A stretch of 60,995 nucleotides of DNA, from positions 1-60,995 of the forward strand of contig JAGYMU010000004.1 of NCBI GenBank assembly GCA_018399995.1. The letters run 5' to 3'. The notes under the pieces were generated by a model. It worked only from the letters and a program-made list of their open reading frames with translations. It was not told where the DNA came from and did not search any database. Shown piece after piece: positions 28,879 through 38,901 of the stretch. A program made the position numbers and the translations under genes. Within the stretch, counting starts at the first letter, position 1. Each line of letters starts with the position of its first letter. This stretch comes from Halanaerobiales bacterium (GTDB lineage Bacteria; Bacillota; Halanaerobiia; Halanaerobiales; M55B127).

Positions 28879-30057
28879 TCAATCTTTAACAATCAGAGCC
28901 ACACTTTCTATATGGGAAGTATGGGGAAACATATCGATTAGTTTAATATCTTCGATGTGATAGTTATTGTACAGTAATTTCTTTAAGTCTTGTGCCTGAG
29001 TTTTAGGATTACAGGAAATATAAACAATTTCCTTAGGTGACATATCTACTATGCTCTTTATCACTTCTGAATGCAGGCCGGGTCGAGGTGGATCAACCAC
29101 TATCTTTTCTATCTTTATTTCTTTATTATTTAAAATATTTCGCACATCTCCCTGGATGAATTTACAGTTATTTATATGATTTAGTTTCGCATTTTCCCTG
29201 GCGCGTTCTACAGCTGATTGATCGATTTCTACACCAATTATCTTTTCTACATAAGGAGAAATAATTTGAGCAATAGAACCTGTACCTGAATAAAGGTCAT
29301 AGACTTTTTGCAGCGAGTCATTTTTAAAGTAATCAATTACTATCTTCAATAATTTTTCGGCAGCTTTTGTATTTACCTGGAAAAAATCAAGGGGACTTAT
29401 CTTAAATTTATAGTCTAATAATTTTTCAAAAAAGTAATTCCTGCCGTAACAGGTAATAACATGATCAGATTTAACCGCATCTGCATAGTCATCATTAATA
29501 GTATGTATCAGACCAACTAAATTTCCCTTATAATCTAATTTTTTCATCATATCAACGTAGTTTTTTAAATCAACTTCCCTTTGTGAAGTAGTAACTAAGT
29601 TAATCAATATTTCACCGGTATTATGGCCTTTTCTGATCTTTAGATTTCTTAAATAACCTTTCTTCAATTTAACATGATATTTTTTTAACTCAGTTTCTCT
29701 AAAATAATCGACAGTTTTTTTAATTATTTTTCTAAAATCCTGATCGATTATATAACATCCGTCTATGGTCACTACATCATATTGTTTTCCTCTAGGATGC
29801 AAACCCAGTTGAAGTTTTCCATCTATTTCTAAATCACCAAAGCTTAGTTCCATGTGATTTCTATATTCATATATCTGAGGGCTTTCAATAATTTGAGACA
29901 AAGGAAATTCCATTATATTATTATCTAAATAATATTTTTTTACCTTTTCTTTCTTTTCTATGATCTGTTTGGAGTATAATATATCTAATTTACTGCATCC
30001 GCCACATAAGTCATAGTGTTTACATATATTGATATCTTTGCGATAAGTGTAATACAT
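28879..30057 (-). CDS. rlmD: 23S rRNA m5U methyltransferase (RlmD/TrmA family, no TRAM domain)
   Basis: CKHYDLCGGC, FFQVN, DLYSGTG, DPPRPG, YISCNP, DMFPHTSHIE. Confidence 0.88.
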   Translation of the reverse strand: MYYTYRKDINICKHYDLCGGCSKLDILYSKQIIEKKEKVKKYYLDNNIMEFPLSQIIESPQIYEYRNHMELSFGDLEIDGKLQLGLHPRGKQYDVVTIDGCYIIDQDFRKIIKKTVDYFRETELKKYHVKLKKGYLRNLKIRKGHNTGEILINLVTTSQREVDLKNYVDMMKKLDYKGNLVGLIHTINDDYADAVKSDHVITCYGRNYFFEKLLDYKFKISPLDFFQVNTKAAEKLLKIVIDYFKNDSLQKVYDLYSGTGSIAQIISPYVEKIIGVEIDQSAVERARENAKLNHINNCKFIQGDVRNILNNKEIKIEKIVVDPPRPGLHSEVIKSIVDMSPKEIVYISCNPKTQAQDLKKLLYNNYHIEDIKLIDMFPHTSHIESVALIVKD

Positions 30058-30152
30058 TTAAAGTGCCTCCCGTATTTTAAAAGATTTTTGATAAGATCTT
30101 AGTTATTACCATTATAACATGCCAAGTTTAAGTTAAGGGGAGATTAAAATAA

Positions 30153-31586
30153 TCATCCGTACTTCTTACCTGTCAGTTCTTTACAGACCTCTTTTACTTC
30201 TTTTGATGCTTCATTTTTCAGTCCTCCATTTTTAACCCTTTTGATTTCTGTGAGGATGATTTCCTGCTTTTTTGGTGTAACTTTGTATCTGTGGCTGAAG
30301 AATAATCCGAACAAAATAAGTATCAAAGGCACAAAGACAAAAATATATTTTAAATAAATTAATGTACTTGGATTCTGAGCCTGATTAGGAATATAATTTA
30401 TTAATGTTAAAATAATACCGATAGACCAGAGGGCTATAGCCTGGGCTATTTTTCTGATAAAGGTCATTAGACCTGAGTAAATACCTGTTCTTCTTTTTAA
30501 ACTAATTATCTGATCAATATCTGAAACTGTGGGCAGTATTGCCCAGGGGATCATAACACCGGCTGAAAGTCCCGAACCAATTAAAATACAGATAATTATT
30601 ATAAGATATAAGGGTGTGTTTGAACTTAAAAATAATAAACTGAGCATACCCAGACCCCAGATTGATAAACCAAGGGTATATGCTTTGGACTTACCTTTTT
30701 TGTTACTTATTTTCATATAGAGCGGCAGCATTGAAATTTGGCTTAGTAAGATAGCCAACATACAGAAGGGAAAAATATCAGGTTTTTTGATATAATATGT
30801 GAGATAGTAGATAAAAAGGGCCATTAAAAAGTCCATTGCTAAATAAGCTGAAATATACATCCCCAGATGAATTTTAAATGACTTATTGTAAAACACAGTC
30901 TTATATTTTTTTACCTTATCTATTAATTTAGTTTCTTTATCCACTTCATAAGGTATTTCCCAGGTACCTCTATAAACAATAATCCAAGGTAATGCGTAGA
31001 TTAAAGAAAACACAATTCCCATTATTAAATAACTGTAGTTAGGTGAAATAAGTGTAGATTGATTTAAATATTCTACTAAAAACTTGGGTAAAACCCCAGA
31101 AATAAGGGCTGAGAACTGTGAAAAAGCCATACGAGCTGTGGAAAGTTTTGTTCTGATTTGAAAATTTTCTGATAGCTCAGCATTTAAGGCAGAATAAGGG
31201 ACCATTACCATTGTAAATACTGTTGAAAAAAAGATATAGGCAAAGGTGTAGTATAAAAATAGGATCAGACTGGATTGAGAACTCAAGGGTATCCAGAGGG
31301 CTGTGAAACTTATAATTATAGGGATGATACCGATTAAAAAGAAGATCCTCCTGCGGCCATATTTGGTATCTATATTATCTGAAATATGACCCATTAAAGG
31401 ATCAGATATAGCATCCCAAGCTTTACCTACTACTACCACAGTTCCGGCTAAAGCCGGATTTAATCCTACAATATCTGTTAAAAATATCATATAAAGTGTA
31501 CCTAAGAGCAAAAATGCCCCGCCCCCATAAATATCACCGGCTCCATATGAAATTATATTTTTTTTAGTCACATTTTTTTCTGACAA
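30153..31586 (-). CDS. GPH-family (MelB-like) sugar:cation symporter
   Basis: YGAGD, WDAISDPLMG..SD, GRRR, PYSAL; start reassigned to TTG 31586 after AAGGAG. Confidence 0.88.
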   Translation of the reverse strand: MSEKNVTKKNIISYGAGDIYGGGAFLLLGTLYMIFLTDIVGLNPALAGTVVVVGKAWDAISDPLMGHISDNIDTKYGRRRIFFLIGIIPIIISFTALWIPLSSQSSLILFLYYTFAYIFFSTVFTMVMVPYSALNAELSENFQIRTKLSTARMAFSQFSALISGVLPKFLVEYLNQSTLISPNYSYLIMGIVFSLIYALPWIIVYRGTWEIPYEVDKETKLIDKVKKYKTVFYNKSFKIHLGMYISAYLAMDFLMALFIYYLTYYIKKPDIFPFCMLAILLSQISMLPLYMKISNKKGKSKAYTLGLSIWGLGMLSLLFLSSNTPLYLIIIICILIGSGLSAGVMIPWAILPTVSDIDQIISLKRRTGIYSGLMTFIRKIAQAIALWSIGIILTLINYIPNQAQNPSTLIYLKYIFVFVPLILILFGLFFSHRYKVTPKKQEIILTEIKRVKNGGLKNEASKEVKEVCKELTGKKYG

Positions 31587-31736
31587 GGGATTCTCCTTTA
31601 ATAAAAGTATTTTGATTATTATAAGTACTTTAATTATAATAATTAAAGAAAATTTTATCAAGTAAATTATTATTAGAGGTGTATAAATATTAATATAGAA
31701 TATTATATATATAGCAGCCAATTAATTTCTAAAGAG

Positions 31737-32477
31737 GTGATTACTATATCTAACCCACCACTTGCTTTTATGATTACAAAGATTATTGCTAAAGGTTTAT
31801 TGAGATCTTTATTTAAAATTGAGCTATATGGAAAGGATAATATTCCAGAAGAAAAAAATTATATTATTATTTCCAATCATTTAAATTGGATCGATCCTTT
31901 TTTAATTTTGATGGTTTTTCCCTCTTCTCCTAAGATTATATTTATTGCCGAGAATGAAGGTATTTATGACAGTGAATTTAAAAAAAGTTTCATTAACAAA
32001 ATGGGTAAACCAATAGTACCAATTAATAGAGATGAAGCAAAATCAAGGATTAGAGCAGTTAGAGCTATGATGAAAGTAATAAAATCAAAGAATAATCTGG
32101 CAGTATTTCCCGAAGGAAGGCTGGGTCATGCAGAAGGTCAATTGTTTCCTTTTTATGTAGGTGTGTTTTCTGTAGCTAAAAAGCTGAATACACCTATTTT
32201 ACCGGTTGCTATTTCCGGTACAAAGGTCCTATCTTTCAGAAATCCTTTTAAAATAAATATCGGTGAGTTAAGCTATTGTAAAAAGGCAGAAACAGATGAA
32301 GATTTTGCTAAAAGAATGGCTTTAAGGATGAGGGATATTTTACCTGAATATCCAGGAGAGGGACCTTTTCCCCATAAAATGAATTGGATGACCAATTTAT
32401 TTCAGGAGGGTTTAAGACCTTTTGAGGGAGAATATAATTTGATAATTAAAAGAAATAAGCCCTCTGATAGATATTAG
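31737..32477 (+). CDS. plsC: 1-acyl-sn-glycerol-3-phosphate acyltransferase family
   Basis: SNHLNWID, FPEGR, PILPVAI. Confidence 0.82.
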   Translation: MITISNPPLAFMITKIIAKGLLRSLFKIELYGKDNIPEEKNYIIISNHLNWIDPFLILMVFPSSPKIIFIAENEGIYDSEFKKSFINKMGKPIVPINRDEAKSRIRAVRAMMKVIKSKNNLAVFPEGRLGHAEGQLFPFYVGVFSVAKKLNTPILPVAISGTKVLSFRNPFKINIGELSYCKKAETDEDFAKRMALRMRDILPEYPGEGPFPHKMNWMTNLFQEGLRPFEGEYNLIIKRNKPSDRY

Positions 32478-32573
32478 CATACAACATTTATAAAAAAATA
32501 AATTAATATCTTTAAATCAGGATAAATTGATGATAAAATTAAATATAATAAGATTAAGATAAGGAGTGGTAAG

Positions 32574-33005
32574 ATGCCGCGTCCTCCCAAGAGGAGAAGA
32601 ATTAAGAACATCCCCCATATTAGATTTTTTAAACCAGCAGGTATACCCGGCCGTCAGCTGAAAGAAGTTTTATTAAGTTTGGAAGAGGTTGAGGCTTTAA
32701 GATTGAAAGATAGATTGGGATTGAATCAAACAGAGAGTGCAGAAAAAATGAATGTTTCTCGTCCTACTTTTCAGAGGATAATAACAGCTGCTCATGAAAA
32801 AGTAGCTGAAGCACTTTTAGAGGGAAAAGCCTTGAGATTTGAAGGAGGAGATTATGAGCTGGAAAAAGGCTTATATAAATGCAAACAATGTGGGGCAGAG
32901 TTTATATTAAAAATTAATCGCAAAAGAAAACAGAAGTCAGGTCGTAGAGGTGCTAAAATTTGTCCAGAATGTGGTTCGAATTCAGTTATGAAGATATCAG
33001 AATAG
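32574..33005 (+). CDS. DUF134 (UPF0251) HTH protein with C-terminal zinc ribbon
   Basis: MPRPPKRR, FKPAG, EEVEALRLKD, MNVSRPTFQR, CKQCG...CPECGS. Confidence 0.88.
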   Translation: MPRPPKRRRIKNIPHIRFFKPAGIPGRQLKEVLLSLEEVEALRLKDRLGLNQTESAEKMNVSRPTFQRIITAAHEKVAEALLEGKALRFEGGDYELEKGLYKCKQCGAEFILKINRKRKQKSGRRGAKICPECGSNSVMKISE

Positions 33006-33112
33006 CTGTTAACGATTTAAAAGATCAATGTATGGTTTGATGATATTTTACTTAGTTGTGCAACACCATTTTAGTTTATAGAACAAAAAACATTAAGAAA
33101 GGAGTGATTATT

Positions 33113-33184
33113 TTGTTAGAAGTTTTAGGTTTGATAGTTGTGATTTGGGCGATTGTGTATTATGTAAATAATATGACTCCATAA
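33113..33184 (+). CDS. Putative 23-aa single-pass membrane peptide (MLEVLGLIVVIWAIVYYVNNMTP)
   Basis: Strong RBS AAAGGAGTGA before TTG; hydrophobic core; hairpin follows at 33199-33225. Confidence 0.5.
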   Translation: MLEVLGLIVVIWAIVYYVNNMTP

Positions 33185-33198
33185 TTTTTTTAAAAGAG

Positions 33199-33225
33199 AG
33201 GGAAATAGAATTAAATTATTTCCCT
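33199..33225. terminator. Hairpin between convergent transcription units
   Basis: AGGGAAATA...TATTTCCCT inverted repeat. Confidence 0.55.
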
Positions 33226-33252
33226 TTACTACTTGAGTTAGATTTTTAAATA

Positions 33253-34149
33253 TCAGTTTATAATATTATTATTGATAATAGATCTGGGATTTACAAAAAC
33301 ACCATTTATAGTAATCGTCCAATGTAAATGGGGACCGGTTGAAAAACCTGTAGAACCTATTTCTCCAATCTTTTGACCTTTTTCAACCCGGTCTCCTTTT
33401 TTGACTTCAATTTTTGAAAGGTGGCTGTAAGAAGAGAAAATATTCCAGCCATGATCTATGATAACAGTATTACCGGTTATTAATAAATTTGTTGCCAGTT
33501 TGACAATTCCATTATTAGTAGCAGAAACACTTTTACCCTGCTGACAGGCGATATCTATACCTGAATGGCGGCTCTGCAGAGATCCATTTACAAATCTTGT
33601 TGCTCCGAATTCTGTGCTTATGGGACCCTTCACAGGCCATATAAAACTATCTGTCCATAAATTACTAAAAGAACTTTTCTGCCTTGCTTTATTTATTAAT
33701 TTTTGTTCTTCTTTTTTTCTTTGGATAGTTGATTCTTTTTCGGGTCTAATTAAATTTTCTTTTTCTTGATCTACTTCAATATAGCTGTTGGGAAAGTTTC
33801 CTGATAAGACGGTAATCGTTTTTTTGATTTGTTTATTTGGGCCAAATATCTTTAGTATATAATCATTCGGGGTGATCCAATAAGAAACTGGGACTACAGC
33901 AATTTTCATATCCTGGTAATTATTAAAATTATATTTTGTTGTGTTGAAAAGCACTGAGTTTAGAGGGGAAGTGAGGTTTGTTTCAACTATCAAAAAATCA
34001 CCCTGCTGTATACTTTCAGTATTTAAAGAAAAATTTTCATTTAAATCATCGGCGCAAATAAAGGGAGGCATAAAAGAAGTTATTGAGATCAATAATATGA
34101 ATATAATTAGAGTTATTGTATAATTTTTTTTAATATCCATAAAAAACAC
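33253..34149 (-). CDS. M23 family metallopeptidase
   Basis: HSGIDI, IDHG, YSHL, TGFSTGPHLH; N-terminal signal or anchor. Confidence 0.92.
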   Translation of the reverse strand: MFFMDIKKNYTITLIIFILLISITSFMPPFICADDLNENFSLNTESIQQGDFLIVETNLTSPLNSVLFNTTKYNFNNYQDMKIAVVPVSYWITPNDYILKIFGPNKQIKKTITVLSGNFPNSYIEVDQEKENLIRPEKESTIQRKKEEQKLINKARQKSSFSNLWTDSFIWPVKGPISTEFGATRFVNGSLQSRHSGIDIACQQGKSVSATNNGIVKLATNLLITGNTVIIDHGWNIFSSYSHLSKIEVKKGDRVEKGQKIGEIGSTGFSTGPHLHWTITINGVFVNPRSIINNNIIN

Positions 34150-34279
34150 TCCTTGATTATTCTTTTGTATCTTTATTATCTGTTTCTCGAAAAAAATAAT
34201 ATTATCCTTTTTTATTTTACAATTTTTTTATTTAAATCTTATTTCAATTCAAACATTAATTGAGCTGTAGGTGAATTAG

Positions 34280-35305
34280 ATGAATAATGTTTCTGTGATA
34301 CTCTCTGTTATAAAAAAAGATATGCAGGAATTTTTTCGTAATAAAACAATTGTTATAGTAATTTTATTACCTTTATTGGCTTCACTTTTTTTTCTGGTGA
34401 TTGAAGATGCCGGTTTAAATAAGGAATTTAAAATTGGACTAATTGATCAAACAAAGAGTGATTTTAAAAGTTATGTAGATCAAAATATAGTCAATTTGAA
34501 TACTGTAAATTTTAATGAAATTAAACAGGCTATACAAAGCATAGGAAGCAATCTCGATGGGGTTATCGAGATCGAAGATAAAAATAATTTTAAAATATAT
34601 TTAGATGCAGCTAATACGAACTCCTACTTTTTTTTACAGAATCAATTAGAGAAAATAATTGATGATTACCTTAATATTAAACCAGAGTATAGTTTAGAAA
34701 TTATTCCCGTTAATAAAATAGAAGGTAGATTGAATTTCCTTCCAATCTGGTTAACTGTTACAATTACCATGATTGGTGTGTTGATAATTTCAGGTAATCT
34801 TGCAGAGGAGAAAGAAAACAAAACTATGGATGCTGTTTATATTTCTCCAGTACATAATTTACTATTTTTAAGCGGGAAAATATTATCTGGAGTAATTTTA
34901 TCAACCATAACTGCCCTAATTATGCTTTTTATTAATGGGTTTTATAAGCAGCCTTTGGTTGATATTGCAATGGTATTTTTAGTGATTTTTATCAGTTCTT
35001 TAATCTTTAATGTAATTGGTTTGATTATAGGTGCTAAATCTGAATCTCAATCTGCAGCCAGATCGATAGGCACTGTTATTTATTTTCCTCTATTGTTTCC
35101 AACTCTAATCTATAATTTATCAGATTTTACAAATTTATTAGCAAAATTTTTTCCTACTTATTATTTGTTCCAGGCTGTAAATGGTTTATTGAGTTTAGAT
35201 GTAGATTACAATTTGATCTGGTATAATATATTTATCTTATTATTATTTGCATTTTTCTTATTATTTATATTATTTTATGTTTTTAGGAAGGTGTATAAAC
35301 AATGA
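34280..35305 (+). CDS. ABC-2 type exporter permease
   Basis: EEKENKT motif, six TM segments, extracellular loop. Confidence 0.85.
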   Translation: MNNVSVILSVIKKDMQEFFRNKTIVIVILLPLLASLFFLVIEDAGLNKEFKIGLIDQTKSDFKSYVDQNIVNLNTVNFNEIKQAIQSIGSNLDGVIEIEDKNNFKIYLDAANTNSYFFLQNQLEKIIDDYLNIKPEYSLEIIPVNKIEGRLNFLPIWLTVTITMIGVLIISGNLAEEKENKTMDAVYISPVHNLLFLSGKILSGVILSTITALIMLFINGFYKQPLVDIAMVFLVIFISSLIFNVIGLIIGAKSESQSAARSIGTVIYFPLLFPTLIYNLSDFTNLLAKFFPTYYLFQAVNGLLSLDVDYNLIWYNIFILLLFAFFLLFILFYVFRKVYKQ

Positions 35306-35790
35306 ATAGTAAAAAATCCAATCTATATATATTGATATTGATATTATTATCAGTATTGTCTTTTTCATTACTTTCGGCAGCCGAACAGCCGTTAGATATC
35401 AAAGAATTTGTCCATCAGATTTATAATAAATATATGGATAATGATTTTCAGGCTGTCTATGAAGTCATCCATCCTCAGATAAAAGAAGTTTTAGATAAAA
35501 AAGAGTATATTGATTTTCAAAAAAAGAATACTGAAAAATATAGCATAGAAATATCTGAAGTTGAGGTTGAAAAGGTTGTTACTTTAGAAAATTTACCTGA
35601 GGGTTTTAAAGAGATATTCAAAGATTATAACTTTGAACATATCTATGAAGTTACGATAGAGTATAAATCTTCTTATATTGTTGCAAAAAATAAGCAGGAA
35701 AAGTTCATTGAGAAAAAAACTTATGTAGTTACCGATAAAAATAAAGACTACTTACTATGGGATCCAGGCATTATAAAAAAAGAAGGCTAA
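35302..35790 (+). CDS. Secreted hypothetical protein, possibly NTF2-like
   Basis: Signal peptide; DFQAVYEVIHP motif; overlaps both neighbours. Confidence 0.65.
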   Translation: MNSKKSNLYILILILLSVLSFSLLSAAEQPLDIKEFVHQIYNKYMDNDFQAVYEVIHPQIKEVLDKKEYIDFQKKNTEKYSIEISEVEVEKVVTLENLPEGFKEIFKDYNFEHIYEVTIEYKSSYIVAKNKQEKFIEKKTYVVTDKNKDYLLWDPGIIKKEG

Positions 35791-36719
35791 AGCAGGTGTT
35801 AGGCTTGAATTCACTTCAATATCCAATCAGGATAGAAGAGCTAACAAAAGAATATAATCAAATTAAGGCTCTTAAAGGTATCTCTTTTAAGGTTAAAAAA
35901 GGTGAAATATTTGGCTTTTTAGGCCCCAATGGGGCGGGTAAAAGTACGGCTTTAAATATACTAATTGGAATTTTAAAGCCTACCTCTGGCATAAGTTATT
36001 TATTTGAAGACAACTCAATGGATTTAAGTAAAGAGACAAGGCAGAGATTGGGGGTTGTTTTTGAAGAAAACAATTTATATAAAAGGTTAAGCGGCCGCGA
36101 GAATTTAAAGTTCTTTGCCAGGTTATATAATATTAATAATATTAAGGTAGAGAATTTACTTGACTTATTTGACTTAAGTACTGCTGGAGATAGGCTGGTT
36201 AAAAACTATTCAAAAGGTATGAAACAGAGGTTATTAATTGCAAGAGCGCTCTTGAATGACCCGCAATTACTGATTTTAGATGAGCCGACCAGTGGATTAG
36301 ATCCCCAGTCTGTTGAGTTAATTCATAAAGCTATAGAAGATTTTGCAGCTGAGGGTAAAACAGTATTAATAAGCACCCATTTCATGGAGGAAGCAGATCG
36401 TTTATGTGATGAGATTGCTTTTATCAACAAGGGTCAGATTGTTACTATAACACCACCATCAGAATTAAAAAGTCGCTATGGAGCCAAAATAGTTGAGGTG
36501 GTTATTAAGGAGAAGAACTTAAAGATTGATAACCTGGATAATATAGTTTTAGGGAGGTTTATCAGAGAAGAAGGTGGTAAAATTATAGTTGAAATCCCAA
36601 TAAATGAACTGAAACTGGGTAAAATTATAGATAATTTAAAGAAAGATTTTGAGATCTTAAGTATTCATACTAAAGAAGCTTCTCTTCATCAAGTTTTTTT
36701 AAAGTTAATTAAGCAATAA
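35757..36719 (+). CDS. ABC exporter ATP-binding protein (true start probably about 35796-35805)
   Basis: GPNGAGKST, YSKGMKQR, LILDEPTSGLD, STH. Confidence 0.9.
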   Translation: MGSRHYKKRRLKQVLGLNSLQYPIRIEELTKEYNQIKALKGISFKVKKGEIFGFLGPNGAGKSTALNILIGILKPTSGISYLFEDNSMDLSKETRQRLGVVFEENNLYKRLSGRENLKFFARLYNINNIKVENLLDLFDLSTAGDRLVKNYSKGMKQRLLIARALLNDPQLLILDEPTSGLDPQSVELIHKAIEDFAAEGKTVLISTHFMEEADRLCDEIAFINKGQIVTITPPSELKSRYGAKIVEVVIKEKNLKIDNLDNIVLGRFIREEGGKIIVEIPINELKLGKIIDNLKKDFEILSIHTKEASLHQVFLKLIKQ

Positions 36720-36733
36720 AGGGGATAAACATA

Positions 36734-37708
36734 ATGGAATTTGTCCGGCCGAAAATAGTAATTAGTAAATGTCTGGGATTTGCTGCCTGTTATTATAGCG
36801 GGCAGATTTTTAATATTGAATTTATTGATAAACTGAGCGAGTTTGTTGAATTTAGACCGGTTTGTCCTGAACTTGAAATAGGTTTAGGTGTACCCCGACC
36901 GACTATAAGAATTGTAAAAGACAAAGACAAAGAAGAGATCAGATTAATTCAACCCAAAACTAAAGAAGATCTTACAAAGAAAATGGATGATTTTTCAGAG
37001 AAATTTTTAAAAGAGTTCGATTATATTGATGGTTTTATTTTTAAGAGTCGTTCGCCTTCCTGTGGTTTTAAGAACATAAAAGTATATTCTGATCTTAATG
37101 GTATGGTTTTAAACAAAGATGGGGTCGGTTTATTTGCACAAAAAGCAATGAATATATATCCCAAAGCAGCAATTGAAAGTGAAGGCAGATTAAATAATCT
37201 TAGATTAAGAGATCATTTTTTATCAAAACTGTATACTCTGGCTGAATTTAGAAAAATCAAAAAGATGAGAAGAATGAAAGATCTTGTCAAATATCATACC
37301 AGGCACAAATATTTATTTATGGCCTATGATCAAGATTTACTTAATGAACTGGGTAAAATTACAGCTAACCATGATAATAAAAAAGTACAAGAAGTATATT
37401 CTTTATATGAAAAACAATTACAGGATATATTTCTAAAACCTCCTAGTTATAAATCTATTATAAATGTATTAAGCCATATTTATGGATATTTTAAAGATAA
37501 ATTAAGTAAAAATGAGAAAAAGTTTTTCATTGATATTGTTGAAAAGTACAGAGATAATAAAGTTAATTTAGCTGTTCCTATCCACCTCCTGCGGGCCTGG
37601 ATAATAGAATATGATGTCAGTTATCTAAAAGAACAGAGTTTTATTAATCCTTTTCCAAAAGAACTGGTTGATCTTACCGATTCCGGGAAAAATAATGACA
37701 GGTTATGA
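36734..37708 (+). CDS. DUF523 (TudS-like) plus DUF1722 (YbgA) fusion protein
   Basis: ISKCLG..C, VCPELEIGLGVPR, KSRSPSCG, EGRL, H..HKY, HIYGYFK. Confidence 0.88.
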   Translation: MEFVRPKIVISKCLGFAACYYSGQIFNIEFIDKLSEFVEFRPVCPELEIGLGVPRPTIRIVKDKDKEEIRLIQPKTKEDLTKKMDDFSEKFLKEFDYIDGFIFKSRSPSCGFKNIKVYSDLNGMVLNKDGVGLFAQKAMNIYPKAAIESEGRLNNLRLRDHFLSKLYTLAEFRKIKKMRRMKDLVKYHTRHKYLFMAYDQDLLNELGKITANHDNKKVQEVYSLYEKQLQDIFLKPPSYKSIINVLSHIYGYFKDKLSKNEKKFFIDIVEKYRDNKVNLAVPIHLLRAWIIEYDVSYLKEQSFINPFPKELVDLTDSGKNNDRL

Positions 37709-37803
37709 TTTTAGATTAATATAGTTGTAAGTATCATACATTTTTCTTGAGAATTTGTTTTATTTTAATTATTGTATAATTATATATCAAAAGGTGATTT
37801 TAT

Positions 37804-38445
37804 ATGTTACAGCCACACTGCATATTATGTAAAAATGAGAATATTTCTTTGATTAATTTAGATGATAAATACTATTATTGTAATCAATGTGGACTTATAT
37901 TTATTGAGCGAGATACCTTGCCAAATAGGAAAACAGAACTTAAAAATTATCGAAAACATGAGAATACGCATGAAAATGAAGGGTATGTCAATATGTTTGA
38001 AGATTTTTATGATACCCTTATAAAAGAACATGTAGATGGGATAAAAGATGTTTTAGAATACGGATGTGGACCTGGACCGGTTTTAGCTGATATCTTGCAG
38101 AAGAAAGGTTTGGATGTTGTCAAATATGATCCTTTTTTCTTTCCAGAACAAAGTTATATTAACAAGAAATATGATTTATTAACTTCAACAGAAGTTTTTG
38201 AACACTTTAGTAATCCCAAAAAAGAAATTAATGGTTTAATTAAGCTGATGAAAACAGGTTCTTTTTTAGCCATAATGACATTATTCCATCCGGGTGTAGA
38301 AAAATTCAAAGGCTGGTGGTATAGAAGAGATAAGACGCATGTAGTATTTTATAATTTAAAAACTTTCCAATACATCGAAAAAAAATACCCTCTAAAAATT
38401 TTAAAAACAGATGGTGAAAGATTAATTTTACTGCAAAAAATCTAG
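37804..38445 (+). CDS. Class I SAM-dependent methyltransferase with N-terminal zinc ribbon
   Basis: CILC..CNQCG, LEYGCGPGP, YDPFF, TEVFEH, WWYRRDKTHV. Confidence 0.85.
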   Translation: MLQPHCILCKNENISLINLDDKYYYCNQCGLIFIERDTLPNRKTELKNYRKHENTHENEGYVNMFEDFYDTLIKEHVDGIKDVLEYGCGPGPVLADILQKKGLDVVKYDPFFFPEQSYINKKYDLLTSTEVFEHFSNPKKEINGLIKLMKTGSFLAIMTLFHPGVEKFKGWWYRRDKTHVVFYNLKTFQYIEKKYPLKILKTDGERLILLQKI

Positions 38446-38901
38446 ATATTCACTTTCTATAGATACATGGTTATATAATAAAAAATAGTGGTGGTTTATT
38501 ATGGTTATTTATTTAAAAGTATACAAATATTTTAATCTAAACAACTATTAAAGAAGGTGTAATCATCAAAAACTTCTGATATTAAAATATCCAAAATCAT
38601 TATTTAAAAGAAAAGTTTGAACACCCAGAATTTTTTTACCAGAGCCGTTGGAGTTTTTTATAAAACAAAAGACAAATAAAACAAAAGTAACTGCAAAGGT
38701 GTATGATTGTTGAATGATCTTTATAATTTGATCAATTCTGAAATTAATAGAATGTGAATGCTTATGTTGCTTTTATTTATATTGTGGTTTTTGGGTATTT
38801 GAAAATATATTTTTGTATATTTGATTGCATATAAAGAGTTGATCTATTTAGTTAATTGTTTTATATAATTAAATAAATGAGTAGAAAGTAGGGAGTATAA
38901 A

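Noticed and set aside
31587-31721. N-terminal extension of the GPH symporter
   Set aside because: AT-rich divergent promoter region; an AAGGAG RBS precedes TTG 31586.
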